Position numbers and translations under genes: made by a program. Below, one piece after another: positions 51,241 to 64,000 of a DNA stretch of 64,000 nt (the first letter of the stretch is position 1; each line of letters starts with the position of its first letter). Source of the DNA: Rhynchobatus australiae. Taxonomy: Eukaryota. The stretch lies in contig JAUZTB010000127.1 of the NCBI GenBank assembly GCA_034780895.1, positions 82,473,988-82,537,987 on the forward strand, in the 5' to 3' direction. Below the pieces are notes generated by a model. The model did no database searches, was not told the origin of the DNA, and saw only the letters and a program-made list of their open reading frames with translations.

Positions 51241-53027
51241 ACAAATGACAGACACAAGGATAACCATTTCCCAAAAATGAATTAAAAGGACTTCTTTTAA
51301 AAAAAAGCCTTTAGCTCCTAGCAAAGCCATTGTCCTTGCAGACCCAGGTCTCCTTCCCAAATAAATTACTTCAGACTGCTACATTTTTAAACAAGACTTC
51401 TGTGAGATTTAAGTTGCCTTGCCTTTTAGTGGGACCAATAAAATCCCAAAAGGAATTCCCGGTAAAACATTGGAAATGCCANNNNNNNNNNNNNNNNNNN
51501 NNNNNNNNNNNNNNNNNNNNNNNNNNNNNNNNNNNNNNNNNNNNNNNNNNNNNNNNNNNNNNNNNNNNNNNNNNNNNNNNNNNNNNNNNNNNNNNNNNNN
51601 NNNNNNNNNNNNNNNNNNNNNNNNNNNNNNNNNNNNNNNNNNNNNNNNNNNNNNNNNNNNNNNNNNNNNNNNNNNNNNNNNNNNNNNNNNNNNNNNNNNN
51701 NNNNNNNNNNNNNNNNNNNNNNNNNNNNNNNNNNNNNNNNNNNNNNNNNNNNNNNNNNNNNNNNNNNNNNNNNNNNNNNNNNNNNNNNNNNNNNNNNNNN
51801 NNNNNNNNNNNNNNNNNNNNNNNNNNNNNNNNNNNNNNNNNNNNNNNNNNNNNNNNNNNNNNNNNNNNNNNNNNNNNNNNNNNNNNNNNNNNNNNNNNNN
51901 NNNNNNNNNNNNNNNNNNNNNNNNNNNNNNNNNNNNNNNNNNNNNNNNNNNNNNNNNNNNNNNNNNNNNNNNNNNNNNNNNNNNNNNNNNNNNNNNNNNN
52001 NNNNNNTAAACAAGGAGGTAACATGAAAGCCAGACTAACTTTTACTGGTATGTTGAGCTTGTGTTACAATGTGTATAGAAGTTACCCAGAGCCCTATCCA
52101 GGGACTTTAAATGTGGATAAAGCCAACCAGCAAAGGCATACACTTTACAACAAATCCTAAAGCAATCCAACTCTACTTAAATTTCACAATATGCACATTT
52201 CATCCATCAAAAAAAAACCCAGGTGTGTTCCTTCAGCAATTATACTCATGCTTGTGACAATAAGAAAGGTTGCTAATCACCTAATAAACAAACTAAAAGG
52301 CAACACCTCATAACTGTTTTACATCACCAATTACAGTGACTTATGTAGACATACAGTTGCATTAACAGTGGTGGCCCACAGCACATTGTATAAATCAATA
52401 CTAAGTGGGCTTGACACTAAATATTCAACAGCAGAGCACAGGAGGAAGAAATTATTTATCCTCATTTGATGATCCCTCATAAGCATCTCCCAGCCAAGCT
52501 TACTGAATGATCGTGGGTTCAGAGTCTTAGGGACACAAACCAAAAATACAAATCTTTCCCCACACTCCTACTGTTGCTAACTCACAGAGACCCAAAATGG
52601 GACTTGCTCTTAACTTACTGATTCAGCTTAACCCTTCTTCCAAAGTCACAGTTGTGCCAAATTTGGTTGCCTTTCAACAAAAGTGCCAAATGTTCTTTGC
52701 TAAGAGCTGATGTAATCCTCAGTGGCAGTATTTCTGGTGTAATTGCAGCTGGATTTGCCCCTGAAACAATTATCTACTCTGGACTACAGGCTGACATATG
52801 GCCAGTGCTATGCTATATTTAACTGTTGGCAGTTATGGGCATCAATTTACTACCGGGAAATTATGTGCCAACATGGATGGCAGCAATCTTGACCAAATGC
52901 AGTCCAAGAAGTGATCTCAGGTTGGTCTTGCAAGGGAAGGAACGGTAGTGTTGTGAGCAAACCCTTGCAGAACCCATCAGCTGTTGGTTTATGAGGCCAA
53001 GAGGAAGGTGATTAACTGTGCTACTAA

Positions 53028-53185
53028 TAGAAAATGCTGGAAACACTCAGCAGTCAAGCACCAACTATATACGAGTTAACATTTCTGGTCAACCCTCGTC
53101 AGAACTGCTGCCTAACCTGCTGTGTATTTGCAATATTTTCCATTTGATTCACCTTTCCAGCATCTACGGTATTTTTGATTTTCAG
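53028..53185. mobile_element. Inverted-pair PLE-tail derivative with hammerhead-like core
   Basis: Left arm agaaaatgctggaaacactcagcag, right arm ...tttccagcatctacgg. Minus-strand AGTT-CTGACGA-GGGTTGACCA-GAAA-TG-TT-AACT at 53106-53074. Confidence 0.65.
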
Positions 53186-53689
53186 TGTTGACTCACCAAA
53201 ATACTACATTTTTTTGGAGCTTTTCAGCCATTCTCAACTTGGAAAGAGAAGTCAGAGTTTGTGCAGCACAATGTTCACCTAGTTGCTCCACAATTTCACA
53301 CCAGCATAAATAAGCAAATCCACTAATTGCTTCTTTAGAGAGGCATCCTAGGCAACTAAAAGAAAAAATCACCCATTCATTTATGAATGAAGGATCCTTC
53401 CATGGTTATTGTAATCTAAACTTAAAACCTGTTCCATCACCTTCTTGCCTGAGAAATTGGCACAATGATGTTCAATTTCACCCTTGAGTAGTAGGTTAGT
53501 TTTTACTGTGAAAAACCAAGCCAGAATTTCATTTAACCAAAAACAAAAAGAGCCTCAACAATTCTTGTCCCAAACACTTTTGCACATCATGATACTGAGT
53601 AGATGTCTCCATGGCTGCAAAGTGTACAGTTTTTATTTGAATAAAATTAATCTATAAAGTTCTGGATCAAAAGCCTCCATTTCAGGAGG

Positions 53690-54095
53690 GCCTCAGATGG
53701 ACTCTTGTTTTTAGCTCAAGCATAGACTTTGAAGTATGTTGAAGTGCAATTGGGGAGGTTTGAATTATCACTTGCATACTTTTGGAAACTATGCCGAATG
53801 TAAATTCAGATGACATACTTAACGCAGCTGGATGTCCAGTCAATAGCCTCCTGAGATGCCAAGAAAATGAGGTGCCCTCATCTACACATCTTAATGGGCA
53901 GGTTGACAAGGTTTTCCATGGTTTGGGACTCACTGCACTTTGAGTCATCTGGCATCTTCCATTTATGCAGGGTGTACCACATTGCCCATGCTCCATGTAG
54001 ATTCTGTTGAGGGCTGCCCATGTTTTCAGGGTCAAAGCCACAGAGCTATATTGCAAGGTCAATGATGAGGTCTTGGATACATCTTGCATTAGATA
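53690..54095 (-). mobile_element. Probable RTE-clade LINE remnant
   Basis: Degenerate RT-like text. Shares acagagct and its context with a second remnant at ~40700-40990. Clade assignment is tentative. Confidence 0.4.
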
Positions 54096-55657
54096 CATCC
54101 CACTGTTCCTTACAGAGTCATAATGTCTTATAGCATGAAAGTAGACTCTTCAGCCCAATTAGATCNNNNNNNNNNNNNNNNNNNNNNNNNNNNNNNNNNN
54201 NNNNNNNNNNNNNNNNNNNNNNNNNNNNNNNNNNNNNNNNNNNNNNNNNNNNNNNNNNNNNCCAGATGGATAGGGCAAGAGTTTGTTCTCTTTTCAAGCT
54301 GCAATAATTTAGAGCACTCACATATTCCTATACTTATCATGTTGGACAGAAATCTTTTACTTGCCTCCATGAAATAAGATTTCCTTCCAAAAGTTCTCTT
54401 CAATTTCTATGTATAATTAAGTCACCAAAGTTTGTTCATCCGAATGCTAAAGAAAGTATTCATTATAAATGCATTTAGCACAGGTATTTTAAGAGGAAGT
54501 TTGTTAAAAATCAGGTGTCCAAAAATCATAAATTAGGTGATGTAAATGATTTGTCTTGAAATCCAACACTTCATTGATTAATACATTCAGGATTGATGGA
54601 TGGTTTCTGTGATTCATCAGTTCAGTAATATTTCATATGTCCCCATACTTGAATATGCTACGAAAATAAGAAATATGTGGGAATAGACCAAAATTTCCTC
54701 TCAAGCTGCCTCTGTCATTCATTTAGATCAATGCTAATCCTTTGCCTCAGGACTCTGTCTCATGCCTCATGATTCCGTTAATGCCAAACATCATCTAGTN
54801 NNNNNNNNNATTTACATCCATCAATAATGAAGTTTCTCATCTCCATTCTATATGGAGAGTCTCCAATTCAGAGATTAATTTTACACAGTCTAGCTCAAAC
54901 CCTGGCAATCCCTTTTGGATTTGTACACATCCCAATCACCTTTCATTCTTCTAAGTACTAGTGGGTTTGGGGTAGCCTTACTTACTCTCTCCTTAATGGA
55001 CAGACAGCTTTTTCCAGGGATCACGTCTATTCAACTTACTATGTACCCACTCCAAGGCAACTGCATCTTTCTTTGGGTAGGGAGAACAATTCATCATATC
55101 AAACCTCCTCAGAAAGGTCAGGAATCTATGCATATTCCAGCATTCCAATACCACCTCTAACAATTTAAACTTCCATCAATAATCCCCTTTAGAGAAGGAA
55201 ATCTTCCTCACCCTGTTGTCATGTGATTCCACTATGAAAGCAACTAGTCAGCTCTGTACTTGCAAACCAAGACAACAGATAGAATGTTGCAGCAACTTCT
55301 TTGAACAGCACCTCCCAAATCTGCAAACCTTTCCATCTAGAAGAGCAGACCATGGAAAACTGATTCTAAAAATCAGACCTCAGAGGAGGACATGTTAAAA
55401 TTCTGGATTGCCTTGCTCATTGACACGGTGGGAGTATCTTCATCACTACTACTTTTCAGGAAGGCAGCTCAACACCACATTCTCACGCCATAGGAATGGT
55501 CAGTTAATGCCAGCACTGCTCATCACCCAGAGTGAATGAAAAACCATATGAAAAATGAGCAGCTGGATCAATTTTTCTGTTTAACCTCATCTGGAATAAC
55601 TTGGAGGTTCCCTTAGCCAAATAGGCAGAGAATTTTGTGCTACAAAACGCATCCATT

Positions 55658-55860
55658 TGAAACAAAAACTGCTGGAGGATCTCAGAGAATCGAGCAGGAT
55701 CTGTGGTGGCAAAGGGATGATTGGAATTTTGGAGTCTTGATGCAGGCTCTTCACTTGAAACACCAAACGCCTTGCCCCCACAGTTGCTGCTTGACCTGCT
55801 GAGATCCTCCAGCAGTTTATTTTTTTGCTCCGGATTTCAGCATCTACAGTTTCTTGTGTC
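55658..55860. mobile_element. Inverted-pair PLE-tail derivative
   Basis: aaaactgctggaggatctcag (55666-55686) is mirrored by ctgagatcctccagcagttta (~55799-55819). Degenerate core cttgatgcagg..cttgaaac lies between them. Confidence 0.65.
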
Positions 55861-58800
55861 CAATTGAAAACCTGAATTTACCTTGCAACTTTTGAACAAT
55901 GTAGTAATTATCAGGAATTAAACATGTCCAAAGATTCAGAAACAGACAACCAAATTTGTTTTAATGTCGATGAGTTGGGAGTTTTCCGGTAGTGGCTCTT
56001 ACTGTGTGCAACACACAACAGGCCGTTTCCACAATGACTCAGGGATGGAGTCGGAGGGCACACAGCTTATTGGATGAAGCTCTACAGAGGCCTGGTGGAG
56101 CCCTAGAGAAAGGCAATATCGTGTACCCACCAGGGAGTGGGAAGGGGGGCAGGAGAGTCGTAGGTGGGGGAAAAGAGTGCACTTTCCCCCCTCCTGCCCC
56201 TCTCTCCATCCTAAGCCATGCAGACTATTACCAGCTGCTCATGTCCTCTTCCTGTAGACCACGACTATGAGCAAGATGCCAACAACCAAGGACTCCTTTT
56301 CTCCAGGTAATGTCATTTGCTATTATTAGATAAAGTGCTCAGAATTTCTGAGATAAATGCAATAGTGTTGGTGAAGTCTTTACAAAGTACCCCACATGGT
56401 CTCCACTTGTCTTTCAGATATTAAAAGCATAAGTAGGCCGCTGTGCCCCAAGCCTGCTCTGCCATTCAACAGCATGGTGACCAACCTGACTGCAACTGCC
56501 ACTCACAATCCAGTTTAACCCATTAACTTTCACCCCTTTTCTGGTTATGCAAAGAAAGCCTAGTTTGGGCACCAGCAAGAACCCAGCTGATCCATTCAAT
56601 TTATAGAGATCATGAAATAGTTGCAAGTTTGCTGGGGATCGAGTGGAAGGAGATAACATTTAAGGAACTTTGCTGCAGAATTTTCATCCACAAAATTTGA
56701 GGAAGGGTGCACCTTCAATCCCTAAAATGGCATCTGTGCTTGTAGCCCTACTGGAGCTCCAGTGTAACCAGAAGAGAGAGCCCAAAGACAAGGAGCCAAA
56801 AAGGAGGTAGGGAGGGAGGAGTCCTACCCTGGAAAGCTTGTCCACCACAGGTATTGCTAGAGAATGCTCCTCTACCAGATGGATATTTGACCAATGTGTC
56901 CAGGTAAGAGCTTATTCACAATTCCCCCAGTACAGTCAGAGCTCCAGCCACAGAACCACACCCAGCCCCACTCTAGGGTCCAACTGGCTCTCAGTGTCCT
57001 AGCCGCTGGTTCTTTTCAAGAAACTCCCAATTTGTAGCACACTTCATGGAAGCTCTCGATTCCTGATATTCATGTATATTCATCTTGTTCTCCTTAGCCA
57101 AATATACAGCTGAGGCCAACAGCAAAAGGAGGTATACCTTTAAATAACGCTCAAAATCTTCAATGAGATCATTCTGAGGTAGCATATTTAGCTGAACTCC
57201 AACCACCAAAATAGGGTCCAGCTTCTTTAAAGAATGCAACTGGGTAATTTAATTGTTAATCAAATGGTAATGATCTGTCTAACACCTGCTCCAAGCCTGC
57301 TCTCCAACTTGATGACTTCTTGACAGCATCTTGTGAAATGTGATCAAAATTGGCCATAATTTGGCCACCTTGGGGGCTCTTTAGCTTCTAATACTGCTGG
57401 GAAAATTCCAATCACCACCTACACAAATCCACACTTCCAGCAATGCAGCACTCCCTCATTCCTGCATTGGCGTATTAGGCTGGATTACATGCCTTACACT
57501 GCTTGAAATACAACATTCTAACTGAAAGGGAGATAAATATTGTGCTCTCAGCAGAGTCACTGATGCACTCAGCAAGTGGCCCAGTATTAATCTTGTACTT
57601 TTACTTGTTAAAAACAAACTAGTTTGTCTCTGAAGTCATGATTCTATGCATTTAAAAAAAATCAGGGATGCATTATTTGTCCTATTTTGAACAGGAGCTA
57701 TAAAATTTCACGGTCCAAATCTAAGGATACTTTCTTATTTTGGGCCTGTACAGTTTTAATACAACCCTTGTTTGAACTTTGCAAATGATTAACTATCTGT
57801 AGTATCTCTCGTCATTGCAAAGTTCCAAGAGTTGTTCAGGGTAAACATAGTACCCTTAGGATAACCAAACCAATGTAATAAGCATGGAGGTTTGAATCCA
57901 AAAATTTTCCATTTTCTGGATGGACACTAATTACAAATGAACATGCCTCAGCACAAGTACCACATTCATCAGTTGTAGAAACATATATCTCTATACCATC
58001 AAGGTAATGACACAATGGATTGAATGGCCTCCTTCGGTGCTATAAACCTGTGGCTTTCTGTGGCTTTCACACTTTTATTCAGAAGGTTGGAATTCATTAA
58101 TAAAATGGATTACTTACAACTTGCAATACAGGATAAAGAAATTGATCACAGAACATACCAGCAATAAAACTGGAAATATTATGTCTGGTTTACCAAATTC
58201 CAATGCGTGTTCTTGGATGCTGACAAATTTAAAAGTCCACACTCTCAATGTTGTCATCAATCATTGCTCCTTCCTGAACAGGGAAGGGTTTCTGAATTGA
58301 GGCTCTGTAGTACACATTCACCCCTCTTGAGTGCCATCCCTTAGCTAGACCATCATGCACTCTACTGCCATTGTGTACTATTGCTAAGCTACTTATTTTT
58401 CAGTGAAATTCTGCCAACAGCAACTTGTTGCGCATGCAAAAAAGATGCCAAGGATTCCTCCAGAAGTAGTGCACAGCATTACGTATTCACCAAGTGTTTC
58501 TGGAGGCAAATCTGCATTCCCGACAGCAACTGAAATGGAGCTATACTTATGATCAGGGAGGAAAACCCAATCTACTTTACAGTCAACAATCTAGGCTGCT
58601 CAATCCATACGGCTACTTGAAGTTGCTTTGTATTTACTGACCTGTATGGGTGATTCCCAGCCACTGTGGAAGGTACAAAGGCTTACTATGCAAACAGGTA
58701 CTTCATTTGCAATTGGTTTTCATGGTACTTGGGCAGATGCACAAAACTGGAATGCAAGCCACTTCCTCAAGCAACTCCGCAATAGCAATGCACCATCACC

Positions 58801-58911
58801 TCCCAAGGGAGGTAGCTCATTCAAGGCTCACCGTGCATGGTAATTCAAATCTCAGCACTAAGTCCCTGTGTCACTCAGCATTTCAGAAACTAACTGACCT
58901 GGTGCTTCACG

Positions 58912-60900
58912 GTCAACTGAGAATGACAACAGTCAGCCTCGTCATAAGAGTGGTGAAGCAACACTGGACTTTGCTTGCGCCTGCAACTTTAGGCAGGAAG
59001 GAGTTAATGACTAGAACGCCAATGGAAGTGGCAGCAAATTGTAAGTAGCATTGTTCACAAGGCACTGCTCTTCGATCAGAATGACGTTATTTTAAAACAA
59101 CACAGAAAATAACCAGTCAACTAATACTTTGGAATTTGAGAGCTTGGTAGGGCTCAAGCACCACACAACTACTTTGAATAGATTCTTTGTTTATTCAAAT
59201 ACGAAAGAGGAGTAGGCCATATGCCAGAGGTAGTACATAAAGCCCAGAGTATTCTTTTACAGACCAACAGTAGCATCCAATTTCACAGCTCTTCTCATCA
59301 AACACGAGATTACTGCTCACCACAGGAGGAAGGAGAAAATAAATACAGAAAGCAATACAAGCACCAACATAAAACTGGACCTTGTATTAATGTGTGAATG
59401 AACAATCAAAACGTGGTTAAATGGAGTCCAAATTTGAATAGAGAGCTTTAACCAAAATGACTGCAGTTGAAAAGGACTTGCATACTGTTACTACGATGCT
59501 TAACCATTAGAGAACAAAAGCAAAATCCATCAGTTTCTCTGTTACTTAGTCTGTATCCTGTCTACAGTGAAATATTTTCCAAAGTATATTCAGTAGGATC
59601 TACAGAATTGCTCCCAACATAAAACAATATTTCATGTAATATTTCAATAGCAGTATTATAAGGATACATCACTGAAGTCACACAGATTCACTGTGGGCCT
59701 CGGAATTAAGATTAGAGCCTATTAAGAATCTATGGAGATGGATAGGTGATTGGTTACTTCAGGTAGTGCAAATTGAAGTACGGACACAAATGGGTCCAAG
59801 GTATATAATCAAAATGCCTTTTAATCCTTCGGGCTTAAGCACAGGTTTCATCATGAGCTTTTAAAGGCAGTTACAATTGGAGCGCTGCTTCTAATTCTTG
59901 CACATTTCAGTAGCTGTTTCCTGTGCTACCACACAGAGATGTTTACAAGCCAAAAACTTATCAGATGGGTAGAGAACTTGCAGCCCAATATGTTTGACAT
60001 CCTGTATAATTATCAGTCTGCTCACCACAGCACAGCCATGGGAAGGAACTNNNNNNNNNNNNNNNNNNNNNNNNNNNNNNNNNNNNNNNNNNNNNNNNNN
60101 NNNNNNNNNNNNNNNNNNNNNNNNNNNNNNNNNNNNNNNNNNNNNNNNNNAACTCAATCTCCAATACACAAGTACTGGAACCTCCAGCCGCATGCAATAC
60201 GATCTTCATGAATTAGTCTCTCCTCATCCCAGCACAAGTGTAGCACAAACAGCCAGCTGCTGGGAACCGTTGATTATGATAGGCTGGGTGCTCAGGCTAG
60301 TTAGAAAGCCAAGGCCTCTGGTTCTCCACCTCATCCTGATGTCAAAAAAAGTGATCAAGTTTCAAATCCAATTCTGTGCGCCAAAAGCACACTGTAATAA
60401 TGGCAATCAGCTGAGAATGACAACAGTCCCTCATCAGAAGAGTGGTGAAGCAACACTGGAGTTTTCTTGTGTCATCAGCTTTAGGCAAGAAGGAGTTAAT
60501 GATTAGAACAGCAATGGAAGTGGTGGAAAATTGTCAGCAGCAATGTTCACAAGTCACTGCTTTTGGACCAGAATGAGGTTATTTTAAAACATCACAGAAA
60601 ACATTCAGTCAACCAAGACTTAAGAATTCTAGAGCTTGGTAGGGCTTTTTAAATTAGAGCTGATCGCTATAGAGTCACACAGGAAACAGACACTGAGATG
60701 TGCAAGAACTAGCAGGTTGACTGTGGGCCAAAGAATTAAGATGAGAGCATATTAACAATCAATGGAGTTGGAGAGATGATTAGTTACTTCAGGTTATGCA
60801 ACTNNNNNNNNNNNNNNNNNNNNNNNNNNNNNNNNNNNNNNNNNNNNNNNNNNNNNNNNNNNNNNNNNNNNNNNNNNNNNNATGACCTTTTAAAGGCAGG
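58912..60900 (+). repeat. Diverged local tandem duplication in two blocks
   Basis: 58912-59154 aligns with 60406-60646, and 59690-59872 aligns with 60720-60900. Confidence 0.9.
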
Positions 60901-60929
60901 AACAGAATCACAAAATGGTTGCAGCATGG

Positions 60930-61665
60930 GAGGTGGCCATTTAGCATGTCCAGTCTAAACAGGCTCTATATAAAAGCAATCAGCTGGCCCCCATCCTCTC
61001 CCCATAGGCCTGCAAATGCTCTCTTTTCACTTACTTTAGTCCTTTTGAATGCTACAAATGAATCTGCCTTCATACAATTTCTGGCTGTGCACTCCAGACC
61101 ATAACAACATTATTTCCTCACATTGCTTTTGGTTCTTTACCATTCAGCACTTTGTCCCCTAGTATTTGATCCATCCTCCAATGGGAATAATTTCTCCTTG
61201 GGTACTGAGTCTATATGCTTGATGATCTGGGATCTCCCTGCAACATTCCATGGAGAACCACCCCAGCTTCTTCAGTCTACCAACATAACTGAGGTCCCTC
61301 ATCCCTGGCATCATTTTGGTAAATCACTTCACCTTCTGCAAAGCCTTTAAATCTTTACTACAGTGTAGCAGCCAGAACTTCAGTTGTAGTTGAACCAGTG
61401 TTTTATGAAGATTCATCATGATTTCTTTGTTCTTTTTTGTTATGCCTCTATTTATAAAAGCCTAATCTCTCAACTTGCTCTGACAGTCTTAATGAACTGC
61501 ACACACAGACATCCCCAAATTTCTCGGTTTGTTTCCTTTTTAGTACTGTGCCTATCAGTTTGTATTGTCTCTTCTCATTCTTCCCACCAAAATATAACAC
61601 TTCATATTTCTTAATATTAAATTTTATCTTCCACCCATCTACCTGTTCCACCAATTCATTCCATG
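60930..61665 (-). mobile_element. Decayed CR1-type LINE fragment
   Basis: Minus ORF contains WKIKFNIKKYEVLYFGGKN (compare CR1 W.M.FN..KCEV.HFG..N). Confidence 0.7.
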
Positions 61666-64000
61666 TGATCCAAGATATAAACAGAACAAATTCCAGAATT
61701 CCACAGAACCCATACATTGCAGATTTGCTTCTGGCAGAACAAAAATACATTAAAAACAGTGCAGGGCTAGATTAAAATTTTTCCATCCTTGATTAACCCA
61801 ATATCACACATCAATACTAAGAGATGATTGCAGGCAACCAGCTTCAAGGGACATACATCACTGCCACTCACATTAAATGGAGCAATGCTTTATACCATTT
61901 TTGTTCATCCAGGTTTACAAAGCAGAATCAATTCCTAAGAGGGTCACAGGACAGTGTGCATGGAAGACCCAGTACTGACAGATGTTAGAGCTAGTTGGGC
62001 ACATGTGCAAGAGCTGCTTTTTTCAAAAATTGAAGTGTAATAGGTCACTTGGGACAACTGTAATTACAACCCAAAATGTCACTGTTTAAATTCATTCTCC
62101 AGGATAATGAGAAATCTCATTGGACTCTTAAAAAGGCCAGATCCCATTCATCCTTCATCAGAATCATACCCTTACACAAAGCTGTCTTCATGCATTTCTT
62201 AAATTTACTTGCCTGCATTTTCAAAGATGCAATCAAACACTTACTCAGCACTGCAGAAATTACTGCCCAATGCATCACACTATTCAACAGCCACGTCAAC
62301 CACACTGCCAAAGTTGTTACAAAGCGGTAAGTTCTTCCATTGTTTAAGACCAATACAAGGAGGTAGACCACCATGCACGACTTTAAACGGGCATCATTGA
62401 CACTGTGAAAAGCTTGGCAAAGCTATTGCTTTGTCTGCCTGCCAGACACACGCAGCAAATGGCTGAATGCCACATCACTGTCTTGCTCTCGTGTGGCAAC
62501 ACCACATTGATAGCAGTACAAGGCCTTCTCCCTAAAATAGCCCTGTCCTTGGTCAGCTCATTGAATTTGACAAGCTAGTTTTGAGCCTTGAATAGCCCTC
62601 CTTACTCTCCCAGAGAAAGGCAACAAAGCCTACGAATTAGATTACAACTATATTAGGTCCACTAAAAACATGGGCGAAGTCTACATCAATGTTCAATCTG
62701 TTCTCCCTCACACAAAAACAAAATCATGGAATTGGCAAAATCCAGTTTGAAATGGTGTTAGGTGATCCAGATTGTTCCTGATGCAACCAGACTCAGTTCA
62801 GTGCTGCTGCTCAGTCTCAACAACCAAAGGAGGGCATCATCCCTTAAAGTGTCCTTCCCTTGGCAACTGGACAGCTGCAAAACAGGTTATGGCTGCTATT
62901 GAGGGAGACTGCAAGGGGAGAGAGTTCAACCATTCCAGGTAAAGGCCACTGAACTCCTTAGAACAGAGATGCATCCTGGATGTGTCAGGGGTGAATGGAG
63001 GGGATACTTACCAAGGTCACAGTTAGGAAAGGCAGTCAGCAAGGGACTTGACTGATCTCCTCCCAGAGTGAGAATCCTCACAGCATGAGACAAACTGCAA
63101 GAAATTCCATCATCTTTCAAGGTACGTCAAAGTAAGCTTCAGACCATTATAAATGCAGCTGCCTTAACCAGACACACTTTTGCACATACAGGCACATAAA
63201 TATTGCCCCACAAACTGTTACTGCCTCCATACCCACCACTTACAGCCCCTCTCCTACACCACCCAATATGACAGCAAGAAACAGAAGGGATCTCACCCTA
63301 ATGGAATGGGGCCCTCAGGAGCTCAGCACCTTACCATGCTGGGAACTATCCTCATCTCAAGGCATTGAGGCCACAGGGACCCAAATCATCTCAGGAACAG
63401 AGGAGAAAAGTCATTTCCGAGATAAACTCACCAAATAATGTATCAGTGTGAATGACTACAGCTCCAGTGATTCAATCAGATGCAGACACCCTCACTGGTA
63501 TCTGTGCTGCTACTTCACCATCAAGTGCTTTGTGCACAGCATACAAGTTCAACTATTGCCATTCTGCCTTTGCAGGGTATTGGGGGGGGGGGGGGGGGGG
63601 GAGAAGGTGTGCAGTGGTGGGAGAAAAGGAAGCCCCATTTCTCTTTCCTGAGGATGTCAGAACTCGTAACATAAAGGGGACACTGTAGGGAGAGAAGGGG
63701 AGAAGAGATAATGATGCCCACAATGTGTCACCTGACACCTAGCACTGGCACCCCAAAAACTGACACCACGAGGGACAAGTAGATTAGGTCCAGAGGGAAG
63801 CACAGTGATATGCCAGGCAGTACCACAGCAACCACCCCTCTGGCACCAGTGGAGGAGTTCACTGGGCTGGGGGGCTGCTGCTGTTGTACAGTATACACAT
63901 TCACATTATCCCCAAGGATACAACCGAGGACCATGACTGGGTTACTTTAACAAGACAGTGAGTGAATGTCAGCCCTGCCTGGTCAATACAAAAAATGACA

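Noticed and set aside
39016-64000. PAK3 promoter and non-coding 5' exons
   Set aside because: No CpG island or confidently delimited exon is visible; these cannot be placed without transcript data.

Overview
Vertebrate nuclear DNA from a gappy draft assembly. The repeat content (HE1-like V-SINEs, CR1/HER1-like LINEs) points to a cartilaginous fish, by inference. The window holds the 5' half of a group I p21-activated kinase gene, best matching PAK3, on the minus strand. I delimited seven coding exons with GT-AG boundaries and consistent phases (830 coding nt: Nck motif, CRIB/autoinhibitory domain, PIX motif, start of the kinase domain). The rest of the kinase domain appears to lie left of the window, and no promoter was identified. 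Introns and upstream DNA are full of decayed CR1, L2 and RTE LINEs, V-SINEs, a Deu-SINE fragment and Penelope-like elements (PLEs). The main leads are: (i) about 10 PLE terminal-repeat copies, many with minimal hammerhead-ribozyme-like cores, often as back-to-back inverted pairs; (ii) a nested double inverted repeat at 44.4-46.5 kb, with ~185-bp TA-flanked arms around a tail-to-tail SINE pair; (iii) candidate in-frame cassette exons (48 nt and 9 nt) at the junction where tetrapod PAK3 inserts its regulatory b/c exons. No CRISPR, rRNA or true tRNA was seen. I found no demonstrably new system; these leads are hypotheses. Family assignments and comparisons with human PAK1/PAK3 are from recalled sequences, not database searches, and repeat boundaries are approximate.
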